NCBI GenBank assembly: GCA_964016885.1
Contig: OZ024743.1
Coordinates: 30,008,001-30,072,000, forward strand
DNA length: 64,000 bases
DNA from: Eledone cirrhosa
Taxonomy: Eukaryota
Direction of reading: 5' to 3'
Part shown: positions 1 through 13,290 of the stretch, one piece after another
How positions within the stretch are numbered: position 1 is the stretch's first letter
Layout of the letters: the number at the start of each line of letters is the position of its first letter
Translations under genes and position numbers: made by a program
Notes under the pieces: model-generated
Told to the model about the DNA's origin: nothing
The model's input: the letters and a program-made list of their open reading frames with translations, nothing else
Databases searched by the model: none

Positions 1-2785
1 ATAGAAATAGGAAGGAAAGGGAGTTGTTAGATAGTGTAAAAGAGGCAATTAGAAGCGGCGACGTGGCCAGAGTGCTAGAGTCGAGAACGGCCCTGGGCCA
101 GTTCTTCGACGCGAAACACGAAGGCTGCATCGTCCGAAGCAAAATACGTGCTCTGGGAAACGAGGGGACCAAAGCTGTTATCTGGGCCCGCGTGACAGAA
201 GCCAAAAGAGGGAGCAGATACACTATCCGGTCTTTGCGAGACCAGGATGGACGGGTGATCCTTGAACCTAAGCAGATGTGCGAGGCTTTTCAAAAGCACT
301 CTGCCGGATTGTTCGGAAGGGGCGGGGGGCCGGTTGGGGACGTGGACTTCGGTCCATACCTCGACGGCCTGCCGCGTCTCTCGGACAGGGAGGCGAAGTC
401 CTGCGAGGAGCCGATTTCAGCCGCTGAGATAGAGGACGTGCTGAGCCAATGCGGCAAACGCAAATCCCCGGGTCTCGATGGTCTTCCATACGAACTATAT
501 GTTCCCCGGTCTTGTTCCCCGGTCTCCTCGAGGCGGTCTACTGCAACTGGCAACAGAACGCGATAATTCCCTGTGCTGTGACCAAGGGCGTTGTCACGCT
601 AGTGAGGAAGGACGAGAAAAAGGGGGACGATATAAATAATTTCAGGCCCATAACTCTACTAAATACAGAGTTACAGATTTTGGCCAAGGTGCTAGCAAAG
701 AGGTTGGCGCTTGTCGTGGGCAACCTGGTGGGAGATGCGCAGACATGTGCTATCCCGTCCAGGTCCATCCACGATAACCTCCACCTCATGCGATACATCA
801 TAGAGAGGGTTGGGAACGAACCCGGCTTTGGTGGGGCCCTGATCAACTTGGATCAATCTAAGGCATTGGATAGGGTCGACCATGGTTACCTGGATGCGGT
901 GCTAGCGGCGGCAGGCTTCGGACCCGTTTTCAGGGGCCGGTTCAATGCCATGCACAGCAGCCGCATCTGCTCTAGGGTCAAGGTGAACGGCGACCTCTCG
1001 GAGCCGTTCAAAATCGCGCGGTCCATCCGACAGGGGTGCCCTCTCTCCTCCCTTCTGTATGTAATGACTCTAGAGCCACTGCTGCAGAAGTTGGAGTTGT
1101 TGCAGGGCATCCCGTTGGAACCGGGATTGCGGAAAGCGGTGTCAGCCTACGCCGATGACGTAACAGTAATGGTGTCGACGGCCTCGGAAATCGGGGCGAT
1201 CGGCACCTTACTGGAGGAGTACGAACGGTTTACAGGGGCTAAGCTGAACCGGGACAAGTCGATCGGTCTGCAACTTGGCACGTGGAGGGGGAGATCGATG
1301 CCCTCCGATGGTGTCGTCGCGCGCTGGACGGAGGGCCCGGTGAAGTTGCTCGGGGTCTGGTTCGGACCAGACCTCCAGGTGGAGAAGAACTGGGGTGAGG
1401 TGACGAACAGGGTGTTTGCACTGACCCGGAAGTGGGCCGAGTGCAAACTGTCCCTGAAAGGTCGGGCGGAGGTGGCGAACACTTATATAGCGTCCGTCAT
1501 CTACTACCGCCTGACCGTTGTGCCTTGCCCAAGGGAAACGCTCGCCAAAATGGAGCGCGCACTCTTCCAATTCCTTTGGAAGAAGCGGGCTCCTATGGTG
1601 AGGAGATCCATTTGCTGTCAACACCCTTCGAAAGGAGGGCTGGGGATGCCGTGGCTAATGATACGTAAACACGCATTAAGTCTACGGCACCTTCAGGTAT
1701 TCCTCTCCGGTCAACCGGTGTGGGCCCCGTTTGTGGGGCGAGCCTTTCCCAGACTCGTCTCACTCACCGAGCTGCAATCCTGGGTCAAGCAAAGACCGAG
1801 AAAACTGGGCGCCTGGCACACCGAGTGTGCCCAGGCGCTCACGGCTCTCTGGCAGGCGAACCCGGCTGTCAGTGGAGAATCCACCTCGTCATTCTATAGA
1901 GGGCTGGTGGTTAGCAGTTGCGACGACGCCCTGGGAGAAGCCCTAGGCATGGAGGAAGACGAACTGGCCAACCTGTTCGGTAGGACATTCAGCCCGGGAC
2001 CCATGGACAACTTCCAGAGGTCCCTGGCCTGGCAATGCTACAGAAGGGCTCTGCCCGTTCGAGAAAGGCTCTACAGACACGGGCGCCCGGGTAGGGACCC
2101 ATCGAAAAAGATCTGTCCCAGATGCGTGTGCGACGAGGAAAGAGTTGCACACGCATTGGCACACTGCTCGGGCATTGCCGATCTGTGGGGCTATGTCGAA
2201 CCACTGATGTCAAGGGTGGGACCGATCCGGTTGACCACCGAGTCTATTGTAACGATCAAGCCGTCTCCCCTCTTCAAAAACGAAGGAGAGGCGGTGTTTC
2301 TGTGCGTAATAGCCATGGCGAAACAGGTTGTATGGTGGACGCGTCTGAAAGGACTGAGGTCAGACACCTTTCTCTCTGGCCAACAACTGGTCCGTTTCTT
2401 CCGATATCATTTCGGAAGAAGGATCAGGATGGAGAGAGAGGTGCTGCACCCCATTCGTTTCTATGAAAGATGGGTGAAAGTGGCGAGAATGTCCCGTGTG
2501 AATGGGCCTTCACTCTACATCAGACTATAGGTGAGGGAGATGAAAGACCAAGGGAGCACCCCTTCTCTGTGCTCCCGAGGAGAAGGGTTGCACACTTTTT
2601 TCGGGGGTGTGTGCGACCCCCCAAGGCGCCTCCTCTCTATTGAGGACTTTGTTATAAATTTTATTTTTTGTTATATTTTATTTTATTTTTATATATTGTT
2701 ATTGCCTCCTCCTTATTGAGGACGCCTTGTTTTGTAAACTCCCCCCATTGTACTTGTCCCCACTTTTGATGCCCTGGTGGCAAAT
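1..2785 (+). mobile_element. Tx1/L1-clade LINE, 3' part (runs off the window start); ORF2 with RT and C-terminal Cys/His motif
   Basis: ORFs 24-566 and 449-2530 join by a frameshift near 500. Motifs: KSPGLDGLPYELY, FRPITLLN, LDQSKALDRV, RQGCPLS, AYADD, GGLG and CPRC..HALAHC. The 3' end AATAAAAGAAAC is followed by (TATC)n. Confidence 0.92.
449..2530 (+). pseudogene. Tx1/L1 ORF2 reverse transcriptase, long open segment of a frameshifted ORF
   Basis: 693-aa open frame containing the non-LTR RT motifs and a zinc-knuckle-like C-terminus. The upstream part is in another frame. Confidence 0.88.
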
Positions 2786-2839
2786 AAAAGAAACATATCT
2801 ATCTATCTATGTATCTATCTACCTATCTATTTATCTATA

Positions 2840-5050
2840 TCGAAAATCTCCAGGTCTCGACGGTCTACCCTACGAATTTACGTAGCAATGCCGGACTTAT
2901 TCTCCGGTCACCTGGAAGCGGTCTACTGCAACTGGCAGCAGAACGGGAGAATTCTCAGTTCTGTGACCAAAGGCGTAATCATGTTAGTTAGGAAGGACGA
3001 GAACAAGGGGGATGACATAGGCAACTTCCGGCCCATTACTCTGCTCAACACAGAGTTACAGATGTTGGCCAAGGTGTTGGGAAAGAGGTTGGCGCTTGTC
3101 GTCGAAAACCAGGTGGGAGAAGCGCAGACATGCGCAATCCCGACCAGGTCCATACACGACAACCTTCACCTCATGCGATACATCATAGAGAGGGTAGGGT
3201 GTAAACCCGGCTTCGGTGGGGCCTTGATCAACTTGGATCAGTCAAAAGCTTTCGATAGGGTTGACCATCGTTACCTGGATGCGGTGCTCGAGGCGGCATG
3301 CTTCGGTCCCGTGTTCAGCGGCTGGATTACAGCAATGCACACCAGCAACATATGATCAAAGGTCAAGGTGAACGGCTACCTCTCGGAGCCGTTCCATATC
3401 ACGCGATCCATCCGACAGGTATGCCCTCTCTCCTCCCTTCTGTACGTACTGACTCTCGAGCCACTACTGCGGAAGCTGGAGCTATTGCAGGGCATCCATT
3501 TGGAACCGGGACTGCGAAAGCAGTAATGGTGTCCTTACTGGAGGAATAAGAAAGGTTCACAGGAGCGAAGTTGAACCGCGACAAATCCGTCTGTTTGCAA
3601 CTCGGAACGTGGAGAGTCAAACCGATGCCTTCCAATGACGTCGTCGGACGCTGGACGGAAGGACCGGTAAAGCTGCTCGGGGTCTGGTTTGGTCCTGACC
3701 TTCAGGTGGAGAAGAACTGGAACAAGGTGACGGCCAAGGTGTTTGCGCTCACCCAGAAGTGGGCCGAGTGCAAACTATCCTTGAAAGGACGAGCGGAGGT
3801 GCCGAACACTTTTATAGCGTCCGTCATCTACTACCGCTTGACCGTTGTGCCTTGTCCAGCCAAAACGCTCACCAAAATGGAGCGCGCGCTCTTCCAATTC
3901 CTTTGGAAGAAACGGGCTCCTTTGGTGAGAAGATCCATCTGCTGCCAACACCCTTCAAACGGAGGGCTGGAGAAGCCGTGGCTGACGATGCGCAAACACG
4001 CGCTCAGGCTGCGGCACCTCCACCTATTACTCACCAGACAACTGGTGTTGGCCCCGGTCTTGAAGCAAGCCTTCCCACGACTCGTCTCGCTGACAGAGCT
4101 GCAGTCCTGGGTCAAGCAAAGACCGATGAAAATGGGCGACTGGCATATCGAATGTGCTCAGGCGCTCACAGTCCTCTGGCAAACGTCCCGGCGATCAGTG
4201 GAGAATCCACTTCGACATTCTATAGAGGGTTGGTCCGTAGCACATGCGACGACACGCTCGGAGAAACTGTAGGCGTAGAGGAGGACGAACTGGCCAGTCT
4301 GTTCGGTAGGACCTTCCGCAGTGCTACCGAGGAGCTCTACCAGTTCGAGACAAGCTCTACAGACACGGGCGCCCGGGTGGGGACCCTTCGAAAAAGATCT
4401 GTCCGAAATGCGCGCGCGACGAGGAAACCGTCGCACACGCATTTGTACACTGTCCGGGCGTTACCGACATGTGGGGCCATGTAGAACGACTATTGTCGCG
4501 TGTGGGACCAATCCAGTTGACCACCGACTCCATTGTCATGTCCAAACCGCCACCCTCCTTCAAAAACGAGGGAGACGCGGTTTTCCTATGTGTTATGGCT
4601 ATGGTGAAAGAGGTTATATGGTTGACGAGGTTAAAAGGGCTGAGGTCAGACACCTTTCTCTCCGGCGAGCAACTGATTCGTTTTTTCAAATATCATTTTG
4701 GAAGAAGAATTAGGATGGAGAGAGTGGTGCTGTACCCCATCAAATTTTTTAAAACGTAGGTGAATGTGGCAAAGATGGCCCGAGTGGTTGGACCTTCTCT
4801 CTATATAAGCTTGTAGGTTGAGGAAAAAAATGAAGAGAGGAAGGGAGTACTCACTCTTGGTGCTCCTGGGGATGAGGGTTGTACATTTTTTTCGGGGTGT
4901 GTACAACCCCTGTGTAACACCTCCCCCCTATTGGGGATTTCAATTGTTATTTGTTACTGTATTAATAGTTTTATTTTCATATACCTGTATGTAAACTCCC
5001 CATTTGTATTTGTCCCCTTCTTTTGTGCCCTTGTAGCTAATAATATAATT
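2840..5050 (+). mobile_element. 5'-truncated, degenerate Tx1/L1-clade LINE, related to and in tandem with 1-2785
   Basis: ORF pieces 2777-3355, 3571-4272 and 4469-4759 match the previous ORF2 but contain stops and frameshifts. (TATC)n lies on both sides. Confidence 0.9.
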
Positions 5051-5061
5051 GATCTATCTAT

Positions 5062-5131
<70 letters not shown>

Positions 5132-5141
5132 AACCGGTAAG

Positions 5142-5235
5142 ACCCCGACAGCTGAGCTCAAGCCGTTTCGACGGCTAAAGCTGGACTAAATGAAAATTTA
5201 TCCTGGTATTTAAATAGCCGATCTTCTCAAGGGGT
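5142..5235 (-). ncRNA. Type I hammerhead ribozyme, U3:A8 core variant (family H1)
   Basis: Reverse complement of the motif at 5789-5882. Confidence 0.72.
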
Positions 5236-5788
5236 AATTCCATATATGGTCAAAGTGATTGTCAAAAATCAGTAGTAATTCTGTGGTTGTAAATTAGTAG
5301 GGGAGATGGTGGCTAAACCTGCTAGTAGGAGAAAGAGGGGAGGGGGTGGAGTAGACCCAATCAAGCGTTTGTAGTGCCAGCTACAGCTGGGCATGAGGTC
5401 AAAGAAGATACAGGGGAGGGGGAGGGGGAGGAAGTCGGAACGGTAGGTAGAACAATGGGGGGGGGGGGGGGGGTAGAAATATATAGGAAAGAAAAAATAC
5501 TGAGAGTGAAGAAAAGCAAATAAGTGTAAAGAAAAACAAATTCTTTCCTATATATTTCTACCCCCCCATTGTTCTACCTACCGTTCCGGCTTCCTCCCCC
5601 TCCCCCTCCCCTGTATCTTCTTTGACCTCATGCCCAGCTGTAGCTGGCACTACAAACGCTTGATTGGGTCTACTCCACCCCCTCCCCTCTTTCTCCTACT
5701 GGCAGGTTTAGCCACCATCTCCCCTACTAATTTACAACCACAGAATTACTACTGATTTTTGACAATCACTTTGACCATATATGGAATT

Positions 5789-5882
5789 ACCCCTTGAGAA
5801 GATCGGCTATTTAAATACCAGGATACATTTTCATTTAGTCCAGATTTAGCCGTCGAAACGGCTTGAGCTCAGCTGTCGGGGT
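5789..5882 (+). ncRNA. Type I hammerhead ribozyme, U3:A8 core variant (family H1)
   Basis: acccc-TTGAGAA-gatcggcta..tagccgtc-GAAA-cggct tgagctc agctg-TC-ggggt. Helices I, II and III all pair. Confidence 0.75.
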
Positions 5883-6799
5883 CTTACTGGTTCCTATTAC
5901 CCACTCTACTACCTCAAGTATTGAGTACTTTGGTGCGTTATGGTCCACCTGGTTCCTTACCACATTTCCTTCGTTATATATATATATATATATATATAAG
6001 AGAGAGAGTGAGAGATATCTAACCTTGCATACCTATCTATCTGTCCAGCTATCAAGCCACCTATCCAGCTATACATGCATCTTCCTGCTAAATGTTCTAT
6101 CCATATATCAACCTACATCTATATTTACCTGTATACGTGTCTCTCTCTCTCTCTGTTTGAATATGTATATATAATTATTTATTCATGTATAGTTGCTACA
6201 TTGGAAGAAGAACAAAGCAAATCAAAGAACAAAAGCAAAACAAACATCAACATAAAGAAAAGAGCCCGAACCCCTATAGCATTCCGAATATAGATAGCTT
6301 GATACATAGCAAAAAGCATCATAACTGTGTGGGTATATAATTGATAATGTTGAACGGAGGAAGGGAAAATATTCTTTTAATTGAGTTAAATCAATAGAAA
6401 ATGTAATACGCGAATCATTGAAATAATAATAGGGAGATGCCCCAGGGAAGCATCTTTACTGAATCATCTTTACTTAGCATGTTTTATCGAAGGATTCGTT
6501 AAGATAAATTTTTTTGCTATAAACCCAGTCATTTTTAGCGGGAAATACACACACTGATACGCACTCGGACACGTAAATAAATATATATTAATGAGACAGG
6601 GGGCCGACAGCAAAGAAGGTTGGTGAGGGAATAAGCTGAAAGAAACTGACCTCGTGATCGAACTTCTACCTCATTAATATACCAACTCTGCCCTTCACCA
6701 TGTATCAAGCACTACAGATCTGTTGTCGTTCTAACGTTGCTAATTTTAATTTTATACGGTGCAAATTCAAATCAAGAAAATATCGAATCATATCCCATT

Positions 6800-6925
6800 A
6801 TTTTAAATTGTTTCTACATTTGGCACAAGGCGAGCAATTATCCAGTACATTACTGGTACTAAAATAAAGTACCAGTAATGTACTGGTGAATTGCTAGCCT
6901 TGGGCCAAAAGTAGAAACAATTTAT
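6800..6925. repeat. Hairpin made of two inverted SINE 3' tails
   Basis: ttgtttctacatttggcacaagg..cattactggtact / agtaccagtaatg..ccttgggccaaaagtagaaacaa. Confidence 0.75.
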
Positions 6926-6929
6926 AATA

Positions 6930-7112
6930 ATCGTTTCTAATTTTGGCACATGGCCAGCAATTACTCAGTGCATTACTGGTACTTTATTTTATCGACCCCG
7001 TAAGGATGAAAGGCAAAGTTAACCTCGGCGGGATTTGAAGTCAGAATGGAAAGGGCCGTAACTCTATGCGTCAGAAGCATTGCTTACGACCCTCTACTGA
7101 TACTGCCAATCG
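6930..7112 (-). mobile_element. MetaSINE-like SINE
   Basis: The minus strand reads GCCTTTCATCCTTACGGGGTCGATAAAATAAAGTACCAG (Meta-domain-like) after a B-box-like TTCAAATCC. Confidence 0.7.
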
Positions 7113-7254
7113 GGAAATGATAGGATATTTTCTTGATTTGAATCTGCGGCGTATAAACTTTAAATATAAGGGGTTTACAAATATGATGAGAATATTTCAG
7201 CGTTTATCTGTTCAACAGTTTACATGTCTGGAAGCTGTATTTCTTCTGTCTGAG

Positions 7255-7436
7255 GATTGGCAGTATCGGTAGAGGGTCGGATGCCATGTTTTCCAGCATA
7301 GTTATGTCCCTTTATGATCTGAGTTCAAATCCTGCCGATATTAACTTTGCTTTTCATCCTTACGCGGTCGATAAAATAAAGTACCAGTAATGCACTGAGT
7401 AATTGCTGGCCTTGTGCCAAATGTAGAAACAATTAT
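7255..7436 (+). mobile_element. MetaSINE-like SINE, head-to-head with 6930-7112
   Basis: GAGTTCAAATCC B-box, then CTTTTCATCCTTACGCGGTCGATAAAATAAAGTACCAG, then the tail attgctggccttgtgcc. Confidence 0.7.
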
Positions 7437-7861
7437 CATTTAAGAGTATGCCCTGACAAAGTGTTTCATACTTGCTCTCATTGAACGGTTATGATGCAAC
7501 TACGTCGAAATTATTTGCATATCTATCTAAATTCTTGTTACATACAGACACACATACACACACGCATATATATATCCCACTCTACTACCCTAAGTATGGA
7601 GTACTCTGGTGCGTTAAGGTCCATCTGGTTCCTTACCACAATTCCTTTGTTATATATATATATATATATATATATATCGCTGCCTTCACCCTTAACGGTC
7701 TCTTTTGAATTTCCATTAAGGGTGAAAGCAGCAGTTCTTTGTTTAAACTTTAATCTGTTATTTTAATAAATATTTCTCTGTTCTCATATATTTGATATAT
7801 ATTTATCGTTATCGAGCCTTCTCTGAATTTTAGTCTTCACATTTATTATTATTACACTATG

Positions 7862-7921
<60 letters not shown>

Positions 7922-8099
7922 TAATAATAATAATAATAATAATAATGTTTTCTTTATTAACCACAAGGGTTTACATAAAGTAGACATTAAGGACAGTACA
8001 GGACAATACAGGACGGTACAAATGGGCATTTCTGCGTGTAAAAAAACGGAGGTTGAAATAAAATAACAAAGAAAAATTCCCCACCTTTAATTTACAGAC

Positions 8100-11000
8100 A
8101 CATACTCAGAGAAGGCCCATTCATTCGGGCCATACTTGCTTCTCTCACCCATCTTTCTCTACCCTGATTTTCCATTTCAAATGAAATTTGAAAAAGTTAA
8201 TCAGGGCATCACCGAAGAGGTAAGTGCTCGTCTTCAGCCCTTTCAAACGTGTCCACCATACTATCTCTTTCGCCATGGCCACCAGACAGATAAAAACTGC
8301 CTGCCCTTCCCGGCTAAAGGAAGGGGGCGGGGCAATCCTCACGATGGACTCAGCTGATAGCTGGATCCGTCCTACACGTGACAGCAGGTGTTCGACAAAA
8401 ACCCACAAGTCAGCAATGCTCGGACACTGGACGAGTGCGTGCAGGACGGTTTCGTCGCCCTGCGCGCATCTCGGACATGCCCGGCTGACGGCACCTCCAT
8501 GCCTGTAGAGTTTATCCCGAACTGGCAAAGCTCCTCGGTAGCACTGCCAGGCCAGGGATTTCTGGAAGTTGTCCATAGGCCCCGGCCCGAAAGTCCTTCC
8601 GAAGAGATTGGCTAGTTGATTTTCGTCGACGCCTAGAGTTTCTCCAAGTACGTCGTCGCTCTTCCCCTCCACTAATCCCCTATAGAACGCCAAGGTGGAG
8701 TTTCCACCGATCACATTGCCCGATTGGTCCAGGGCTGTGAGCGATTGAAGACATTCCAGTCTCCAAGCGGTCCCTCTCGGTCTTCGCTTGACCCAGGACT
8801 GCAGCTCCGTCAAGGAGACGAGCTGGGGAAAAACGCGTCTAGCAAACGGCGACCACACCTGATCACCGTCGAGGAAGAGGTGGAGATGTCGTAGCCTGAG
8901 CGCGTGTCTGCGCATCATCAGCCACGGCATCCCAGCCCTCCACGTAGCGGGTGTTGACAGCAGATGGACCGCCTGACCATCGGAGCGCGTCCCTTCCACA
9001 AGAAGCGAAAGAGCAAACGCTCCAGCGCAGTCAGGCGGGGCTTAGGACAAGGTACGACGGTCAGGCGGTAGTAGATGACGGATGCGATGTACGCATTCGC
9101 CACCTCCGCTCGACCTTTCAGGGATAGCTTCCTCTCGGCCCATTTCTGGGTGAGAGAAGCCACCCTACTGGTCACCTCGTCCCAGTTTTTGTCCGTCTGG
9201 AGGTCTGGACCGAACCAGACCCCTAGCAATTTAACCAGGTCCGTCCGTCCAGCGCCCGTCGACGCTGTTGGACGGCATGGACCTGCCTCTCCAGGTGCCG
9301 AGCTGCAGGCCCACTGACTTTTCCTGGTTGATCATTGCTCCTGTCACCGCTTCGTACACTACGGTGACATCGTCGGCATATGCTGACACGGATCTTCCGC
9401 ATCCTAGTTCGCGCGGGACCCCCCTCAACGTCTCCAGTTTGTGCAGTAATGGCTCGAGAGTCAATACGTACAATAGGGACGAGAGGGGACATCCTTGGCG
9501 GACCGAGCGCATGATGTTGAACGGTTCCGAAAGGTAACCGTTCACTCTCACTACAGAGCAGATGTCGCTGTGCATGGCAGCGATCCAGCCTCTGAAGACG
9601 GGCCCAAAGCCAGCCACCCTCAGGACTGCCGCTAGGTAACGATGGTCGACCCTATCGAAGGCTTTCGATTGATCTAAATTGATCAAAGACCCACCCTTGC
9701 CAGGTTCCCTAGCTACCCTCTCTACGATGTATCGCATGAGGTGGAGGTTGTCGTAGATGGATCTGTCGGGAATGGCGCATGTCTGTGCCTCTCCCACCAG
9801 ACCACCAACGACAAGCGCCAACCTCTTTGCTAGCACCTTGGCCAAAATCTTGAACTCTGTGTTTAGCAGAGTTATGGGCCTAAAATTATATATGTTATCC
9901 CCCTTGTTCGGATCCTTTCTCAGATGCGCCACCGCTCCTCGGCTCACAGAGCTGGGAATTCTCCCGTTCTGTTGCCAGTTGCAGTAGACGTCCGCCAAGA
10001 GGTCTCCGAACAAGTTTGGCATTTGTACGTAAAGTTCATAGGGCAGACCATCCAAACCAGGCGATTTACCCCTTGTGCAACTAGTCTTTGCATCCCGTAC
10101 TTCAGCGGTTGTTATCGGCTTTTCGCAACACTCCGCCTCAGTGGCCGAAAGCCGCGGCAGTCCATCGAGGTAGACACTAAAGTCCATCCCTCGATCCGGC
10201 CCGCCACTGCCCCCGAACAGTTGAGCGAAGTGTCGCTGAAAAGCTTCACACATTTGCCCGGGATCGAGTAGCATGCGCCCGTCGTGGTCCACCAAAGAAC
10301 GGATCGTGGCTTTGTTGCCACGACGCGCCTCCGCCACTCGGGCCCATTGAACGGCTTTCGTCCCCTCGTGTCTGAGAGCACGCACCCTAGCTCTGACAAC
10401 GCAGCCTTCGTGCTTTGCATTGAAGAATTGGTCAAGGGCCAATTTCGCCGCAAGTACGTCGGTCGCGATGCCTTTGCTAAGCGCCTCATCTAATTTTCTA
10501 ACTAGTTCTCCCTCTGCTCTATTTTTCTCTATTGCTAATGTCTTACTAAACCTAATGGACTCTATTCTAATTGCTCTTTTCAGAGCAAACCACCACTTGT
10601 TGTTGACGATGGCCCCTGTCAACGCCCGCTTAACTAGTTCGCTAATCCGGTCTCTGTAGGCCTTGCGCGCTGGTAAGGACGCGTTTAGCTTCCAGTAGCC
10701 GGGTCCTCGCCTATGAAGCCTAAGTCAAGCACACAGATCACGAATTTGTGGTCCGTGTAGCTGACTATCTTGAATTGTGGACAGCCTATGCTAGACCTAT
10801 CTATTTCCCTACAAAATACTCTATCTAGATATGATCTGGATGACCCTATGCGATTTGTTCAAGTCCACATTGGTACATTCGGGAAATCCATTCGGTACCT
10901 GTCAGACAGTTCAAAACGTCTGAGCAGGTTGGTGAGACTCTTGCACCCTCCTTCCCTATCTACTAATGCGACACCATCCCAGCGTGCATCTAAGATCCCG

Positions 11001-11428
11001 TTCCAGTCGCCCACTAACACTAAAGAGCGGGACGTTCCAAGAAAGGTCTCCAGACTCTGGAAGAAATCAGGCCGCCCTGCTCCTGTCGGAAAATAGACGG
11101 CCACTAACCTGAAAGCTTGCCCGTCTCCGCTGGTCACGTCCAGCACCACCAACTTACCTTCTGGGTCCAGGAAGATGGCCCGTATGTCAAGATCCAAACC
11201 TCTCCGAAAAAGCACAGCAACTCCTCCCCCCGATCCCGGACGGCTGGGAGATGCGTACACATCGTAGCCGCCGAAGATCGGTGCGAAAGCCTGTGCTTCG
11301 GAGATTCTGGTCTCGCTGATGGCCACTACATCTATGTTTAGTGACCTGAGGTCGTTGAGCAGGTGGCCCTACTTCCATGACGACCCCAAGCCACGCGCAT
11401 TTATGCTGCCTATTCTGAGTGAGGTCAT
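8100..11428 (-). pseudogene. Tx1/L1 ORF2: apurinic endonuclease plus reverse transcriptase, disrupted
   Basis: ATG at 11428 (MTSLRIGSINARGL). Fragments 10859-11326, 9231-10622, 8918-9229 and 8145-8999 carry LDQSKAFDRV, RQGCPLS, AYADD and CPRC..HALVQC. Confidence 0.9.
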
Positions 11429-11462
11429 GTTGAAAAGGAGTGGAAAAGATGGGAAAGACCAC

Positions 11463-13290
11463 TTACCTTACTTCTCGTAGGGGAAGGACGGTTTTTCCAT
11501 CCTTTTCACTGCTTGTGGCCTCCTCAGGAAGGATGTCCTTATAAATCCTCCTGGAGAGTGCTTGTCGGAAGTCTCCGATGTCTTTGGGGAATTTTTGTTT
11601 TAGTGTCATGTACATTTTCTGTGTGATGCGAGTGATTTGTATGTGTGGAGGTGGTGTGAATTTTGGGGTTGTTGTGTAGTCTTTTTCTGTGATACTGGTG
11701 TTGTGTTGGATGTAGTGTAATAATTGCTTGTTGTTCAACTTTAATGCTGTGTAGTGTGTATCGTTTTGGTTGTTTTGTTTTGTTTGCGTTTGTTGTGGGT
11801 TTGTTTCTGTTTCGCATTTTGGTGACTTTTGTGGTGTAGGTGATGGTGGTGTTGGAGTTAATGATGGTGATGGTGTTGGTGTTTGGGTTGATGGGGTTGG
11901 TGATGCTGGTGTGGATGGTGGCATATCTGTCCTAACTTTTTTGTTTCTTAGTTTATTTGTTTCCCTCTGTATTTTGTTTTTGGAGGGGGAAGGAAGAGAA
12001 TTTTTTCTTTTTTGGTTTCTTTTTTTTTTTTCCGGATATCGTTTCCCACTCCTCGTCGTCACAATCTGTTTCCAGTTGTGATAGGCCGGGGAGTGGAAAA
12101 TCCTCCACAGCCGTTAGTTTTGGTTGTGGTGTTGTGGATGGTGTAGGCGCTGGTGCTAGTTCTGAAGCGTTGGGTGGTGGTGGTGTTGGTTTTGCTGGTG
12201 GTGGTAGTGGTGTTGGTTTTGCTACTGTTGCTGGGGTTGTTGCTGTTATAGTTGCTTCTGTTGTTGCTGCTACAGTTGTTGCTGCCATCTCTGCTACTGG
12301 TGGTGTTGATGGTTGTGTCACTGGGGTGCGTAGGAGAGGTGGCCTCAACCTTTTAGGCTGAGGGCAAAAAGCCCTTAGGTGTGTTCCTTCACCACAAACG
12401 ACACACCTAGGTCTTCTGCCCTCGACAATTACCGTGAGGTGGCTGCCGTCAGTGAGGTCTATTACCTCTGGGATCTCCTCAATGCTTTTTTGGTCCGCTT
12501 GGATTAGGAGCTCCATCCCAGATCCGGACCAGTTTTCCTGCTTTTCTTTTGCTATTGCTATTATTTTCGTGTTGGCTTCGATGCCGGCGAGGACAGCCGC
12601 TATTAGCCAGGGCATTTCGATGGCCAGTGGAACGTGGGTCACCCTGATCTTTACGAGTCTCTGGCCACAATAGCTTGGGACGAGTGTGAAGTCGTCACTT
12701 CTTAATGGGGCCATGGAGTGTTCTATAGCCTCCTCTGGTGTTTCAAAGAACACATCCACGGTTCCATACTTTTGCCCACGTCTGATGTGGGTTTTTCTTG
12801 CCCACACATGTCCCAAAGCTTTTTGGATTTGGGACTCGGATGCCCGTTCCACTCGGCGCGATTTTACATTTATTGTTCTATACGACACGGTGCATAGGCG
12901 CCGATGCTCCATTTTATTAGGTGGGGGGGGGGGGTGAGGCTGACCCTGTACCCATCTTTCTTTACTATTTGTTTGGCATTTTCTAAATCCTCTTGAGTTA
13001 CCGTGAATGCTTCGAATTGTTTTGCTACTCTGGCGAACCTGAGGGGGGGGGGGTTTATAATGTCATTGTTGTTGTTGTTGCTATCGTTAATATTAATTTT
13101 AGTTTCAGTTGTGGTGGTGGTGACGTCAGTCGTCTTTGGTGGGGAAGAGTCCATTTTGCTTGATTTCATTTCGACATCACGAGTTAATTTATTTTTTTCT
13201 TCTTTTGTTTCTGTTGTCGCGGTGGTGGTGGAGGTTGGTGGTTGTCGCGGTGGTGGTGGTGGTGGAGGCTTTAACACCTGCAGTCATTGG
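11463..13290 (-). pseudogene. Tx1/L1 ORF1 (gag-like, zinc knuckle), frameshifted
   Basis: Fragments 12870-13277, 11953-12912 (CVVCGEGTHLRAFC) and 11463-12062. The frame breaks are near homopolymer runs (about 12925 and 12025). Confidence 0.8.

Larger units (their letters stand above)
5129..5975. mobile_element. Non-coding fold-back unit (PLE pLTR-like, family H1) with a hammerhead in each arm
   Basis: About 5129-5490 is the reverse complement of about 5545-5896. The right arm has an extra ~80 bp tail, and (TA)n flanks both ends. Confidence 0.8.

Noticed and set aside
538-2213. Antisense and alternate-frame ORFs over LINE coding regions (also 8224-10659 and 57734-61122)
   Set aside because: Shadow ORFs of retroelement coding sequence with no independent motifs.
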